From the NCBI GenBank assembly GCA_964016885.1, contig OZ024761.1, forward strand, positions 26,970,001 to 27,034,000: a DNA stretch of 64,000 bases, read 5' to 3'. Every line of letters starts with the position of its first letter. Within the stretch, counting starts at the first letter, position 1. The DNA comes from Eledone cirrhosa (taxonomy: Eukaryota). Both the position numbers and the translations under genes were made by a program. The notes below the pieces were generated by a model that did no database searches, was not told where the DNA came from, and saw only the letters and a program-made list of their open reading frames with translations. Below, in pieces: positions 60,865 to 64,000 of the stretch.

Positions 60865-61500
60865 AATATATATATTGAAGAACCACTTAGGCTTTACGGC
60901 ATAAGTGGAAAAAAAAATATTTACTATTTCATTAGCTCTGGCAAGTATCGAAAACCTCATATATAGATTCATTTTAATTTCACTTACGTCGAAAACATAT
61001 ACATAATTATTTTTTTTATAATTTATCGATTGAGTTTCCAATCTCAGAAATATCTCCACTAGAGATGTGTGTGTTTCTCTTTATTATTCCTTTGAAAAGA
61101 TTTTTAGTCCTGGTAGATGTTGAAATCCCATCAATAGATTCATTTAAATATATTTTATTTGACTTACGTGCATTTAAAAAATGATATAATTATCTTTAAA
61201 ATTTTACTTTCCAGTACAAAAATAAAAATACATTAGTATGTATTTCAGTCACAGAAATGCGTTGGTTTCATAGACACTTAACTATTGTTGTAGGGATGCC
61301 GTAATTAGCCTCCTAGTATACAAATGGCGGATTAATTTTGCCAGAGAGAAAGAGATTCTTTTATTATGTCTTTAAACGTTACATTTGCGATTGAACTTTT
61401 CCTTTTTCCTCCCTTTAGACTGAATAAACCCAAACATTTTACGGCTACAATTCTATTCAACATTACGATATCTGCTTCAATCTGTTATTGGTGGGGTGGA
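57585..61500 (-). pseudogene. Possible heavily decayed hATm-like DNA transposase relic fragmented by (TA)n arrays
   Basis: Collinear minus-strand peptides: IIKESLSLWQ..YGIPT (about 61350), FLNARKSNKIYLNESIDG (about 61150), [14 protein letters not shown] (about 60940), TLPPGRW (about 58960), LAPKHLFD..NSFELAM (about 57700); resemblance from memory only. Confidence 0.35.
59055..60875. repeat. (TA)n-AAATATG arrays
   Basis: Visible; unique island at 60009-60222. Confidence 0.95.
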
Positions 61501-62012
61501 GGAGTAGAACACAAAATAAAATGTCCAGTTAATTATTTACTCCGCAAAAAGTGTCAAACGGTGGCACACTGGTATAAGATTTGGTGGTATAAACAAACTA
61601 AAATAGATTTCAAATTTATCGGCAGCTAAACAAAACTTTAAAATAAGCAATAATGAAGACAATTCAGACCAAATCTCACTTCCATATTAGCCTTTCAATT
61701 CAGTAGAACCTAATTACTTTATTAATAATCACAAAACAAGGCCACTTATTGACACGAGTCCAGACAAAATATTCATTTAACAAGAATTACTATAACGATG
61801 GGGCGAGAAGATCATCGTTTCTAACTCAGAGAACGTTTCTTTAACAAACACAAGCGTATTAAAAGTAACAGGAATATTCATATTGCATAGAACCATCAAA
61901 TAGATGTTCTAGTGGCTAAGGACTTAATGGTTCCAGTTGTAATTGTGTTACAAATATTCAGTAAGTATTTGTTAATTGAAATCATACTTTAAGGTATACT
62001 AAACTCACAAAC

Positions 62013-62053
<41 letters not shown>

Positions 62054-62205
62054 TCAGCCAAATTAAAGAACGTAAACATTATTACAAGTAGTGTAAACAT
62101 GAATTAAAGAACATAAATGTACCACCAAGAAGGCTGTTTCAAGATATGCACTTCAAGAAGAAATACAACATGTGCTTACGTCTACGACATAATTATAGCT
62201 GGAAA

Positions 62206-63435
62206 GGACATTCATTGAACATGAACAATCTACTAGAGATAGAAGACAACAGAAACGAATATATGTTATGATATTAAATATATTTCTTATACTGTCATGT
62301 CTTTTCTTTAAAACGTTTGAATCTCAATAAGGTGGAACAGATATTAAATACATTTGTTATATCATTATACTTTAGCTTTAACTTTACTTATTATTTCTAA
62401 CTCTTATTAGAAAGAATACAAACTTAATAAAATCCTATATCTGTATAAATATGTGTGTTTGTATTAAAGTAAATAATAATATGCATGTTGACGAGTTGTA
62501 AAAACCAAGGAAGTCAATCTACAGTTCTACACTAACTCAGACGCCCCCCCGCCCACAAAAATAGACATGTTTCGTCTAATAAACGAATGTCAAATAATTG
62601 TTTCGGAAATACCGATGTAACACTAAATATATTACCGGTGCAACTATGTCAATTAAGCCTTTTATAAACTCACTCTAGTCATTTCAAATCGTGTTGAGAG
62701 TAACGGGAATAAGAAAAAATAAACCGTTTGCCGAAGTTTCTAAATTTGTTAAAAATAATAGCGAAATCCGTGTCCAATGTATAATAAACCGGGACATTCA
62801 CTGAACATGACGAATCTACTACAGATAGAAGACATCAGAAACGACCATCCTACCTGAAATATTATATGTTATTTTAAATATATTTCTTTTACTATTATGT
62901 TTTTTTTAAAAAGCTTGAGTCTGAATAAAGTGTAGAAAACTACAATTTAACTGTTGTTATATCATTATATTTTAGTTCAAATCCCGCCGAGGTTGACTTT
63001 GCCTTTCATCCTTACGGGGTCGATAAAATAAAGTACCAGTAATGCACTGGGTAACTGCTGGCCTTGTGCCTAAAGTAGAAACAATTATATTTTAGATTCA
63101 ACTTAATAATAAAATCCGATATGTGTATAGATATAATGTGTGTGAAAATATAATAATAAACTAGTTATACACTAACGCAGAGGACATAAGAAATGTTACC
63201 TCTAACGACCGACTGCCAAACAGACTAAGGCTCAGATATACCGGTGTAAAGCTAAAAATGTTAACGGTGGAACAATTTCAGTTTACCCTTTTATAGACAC
63301 ACTCCAGTCATTTCAAATCGTGTTCAGAGTACCGGGAATAAAATATACAAAAAAACATTTCCCGAAGTTTCTAAATCTGTTAAAGATAACAGCCAAATCT
63401 CTCAGTCTGTCTCCGATGTGTAATAAACGGTGACA
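62206..63435. repeat. Diverged tandem duplication (unit about 585 bp)
   Basis: ggacattca.tgaacatga..aatctact..agatagaagaca.cagaaacga at 62206 and 62791; cactc.agtcatttcaaatcgtgtt at about 62671 and 63300. Confidence 0.85.
62975..63083 (+). mobile_element. SINE family A, 5'-truncated
   Basis: TSD attatattttag at 62964-62975 and 63084-63095. Confidence 0.9.
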
Positions 63436-64000
63436 CACATATATATATAGAAAGAGAGAAACAGATATGTTTATATATATATATATTTATATGTGTGTGT
63501 GTGTATATTAGTGAATATAATAGTATGTATATAAATATGCGTGTAATTAAATGTATATTATTCATATACAGGTATTCCGCTGTATTTGCGTGTGTTATGG
63601 TCCTAGAGTACCCGAGTATATTGAAAAACCGCGAACATTGGAGGTGGTCCATAAAAGTGCCTATAAACCTCAAAATATAACGTAAACTATAATAAACAAT
63701 AGAGGGATCGCCTTTTGCGAAGGGGCGTCCAATAGACCGGCAAATACGATATATTGTGATTAGTAATTTAGCGTTAAAACAATATATATTGTCATGAAAT
63801 ATATAAATAGTTTTGACTGCTCTTTCTAGCATACTCTAGAAAAAACCGGAAGTGGAGAAAATTGAAAAACTTCTTCTTTTTCTTCCTCTAACTTTTCAAA
63901 CAAAAGAAAATTTTATGTAAACAAAAACGAAATTTTTGCCACGAACGATAACTCGTCTCTGACTTAAATCCAAATTTTGGATAAAAAAAGCGTGTATGAA

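Noticed and set aside
60875-60915. Hammerhead-like TTGAAGA-ccactta/taagtgg hairpin
   Set aside because: Core incomplete, no stem I or III, and it overlaps the putative transposase relic

Overview
Very AT-rich, microsatellite-saturated eukaryotic genomic DNA. The SINE families resemble the octopus OK/OR repeats, so the source is most likely an octopod cephalopod (inference). Almost all listed ORFs are (TA)n/(TG)n/(CA)n or trinucleotide artefacts. Supportable content: about 20 tRNA-derived SINE copies of two families (several with clear target-site duplications), relics of RTE- and CRE-type LINEs, a non-autonomous Helitron, a probable shattered hATm-like transposase relic, many minisatellites, and one plausible host coding exon (36736-37215, minus). 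The main hidden signal is about a dozen type I hammerhead-ribozyme (HHR) motifs (stem I, CTGANGA, stem II, GAAA, short stem III, TH, stem I') from at least five sequence families. They sit in short non-coding cassettes embedded in (TA)n tracts. These cassettes are repeatedly arranged as tail-out fold-back palindromes, some with the apex on ribozyme stem II. A 351-bp near-perfect palindrome carrying two back-to-back tRNA-like cloverleaves lies in the densest cluster (40.4-43.6 kb). The pattern suggests a (TA)n-targeting, ribozyme-carrying, Penelope-like or retrozyme-like non-autonomous retroelement system. No autonomous RT gene for it is visible in the window. All calls are by eye; no searches were run.
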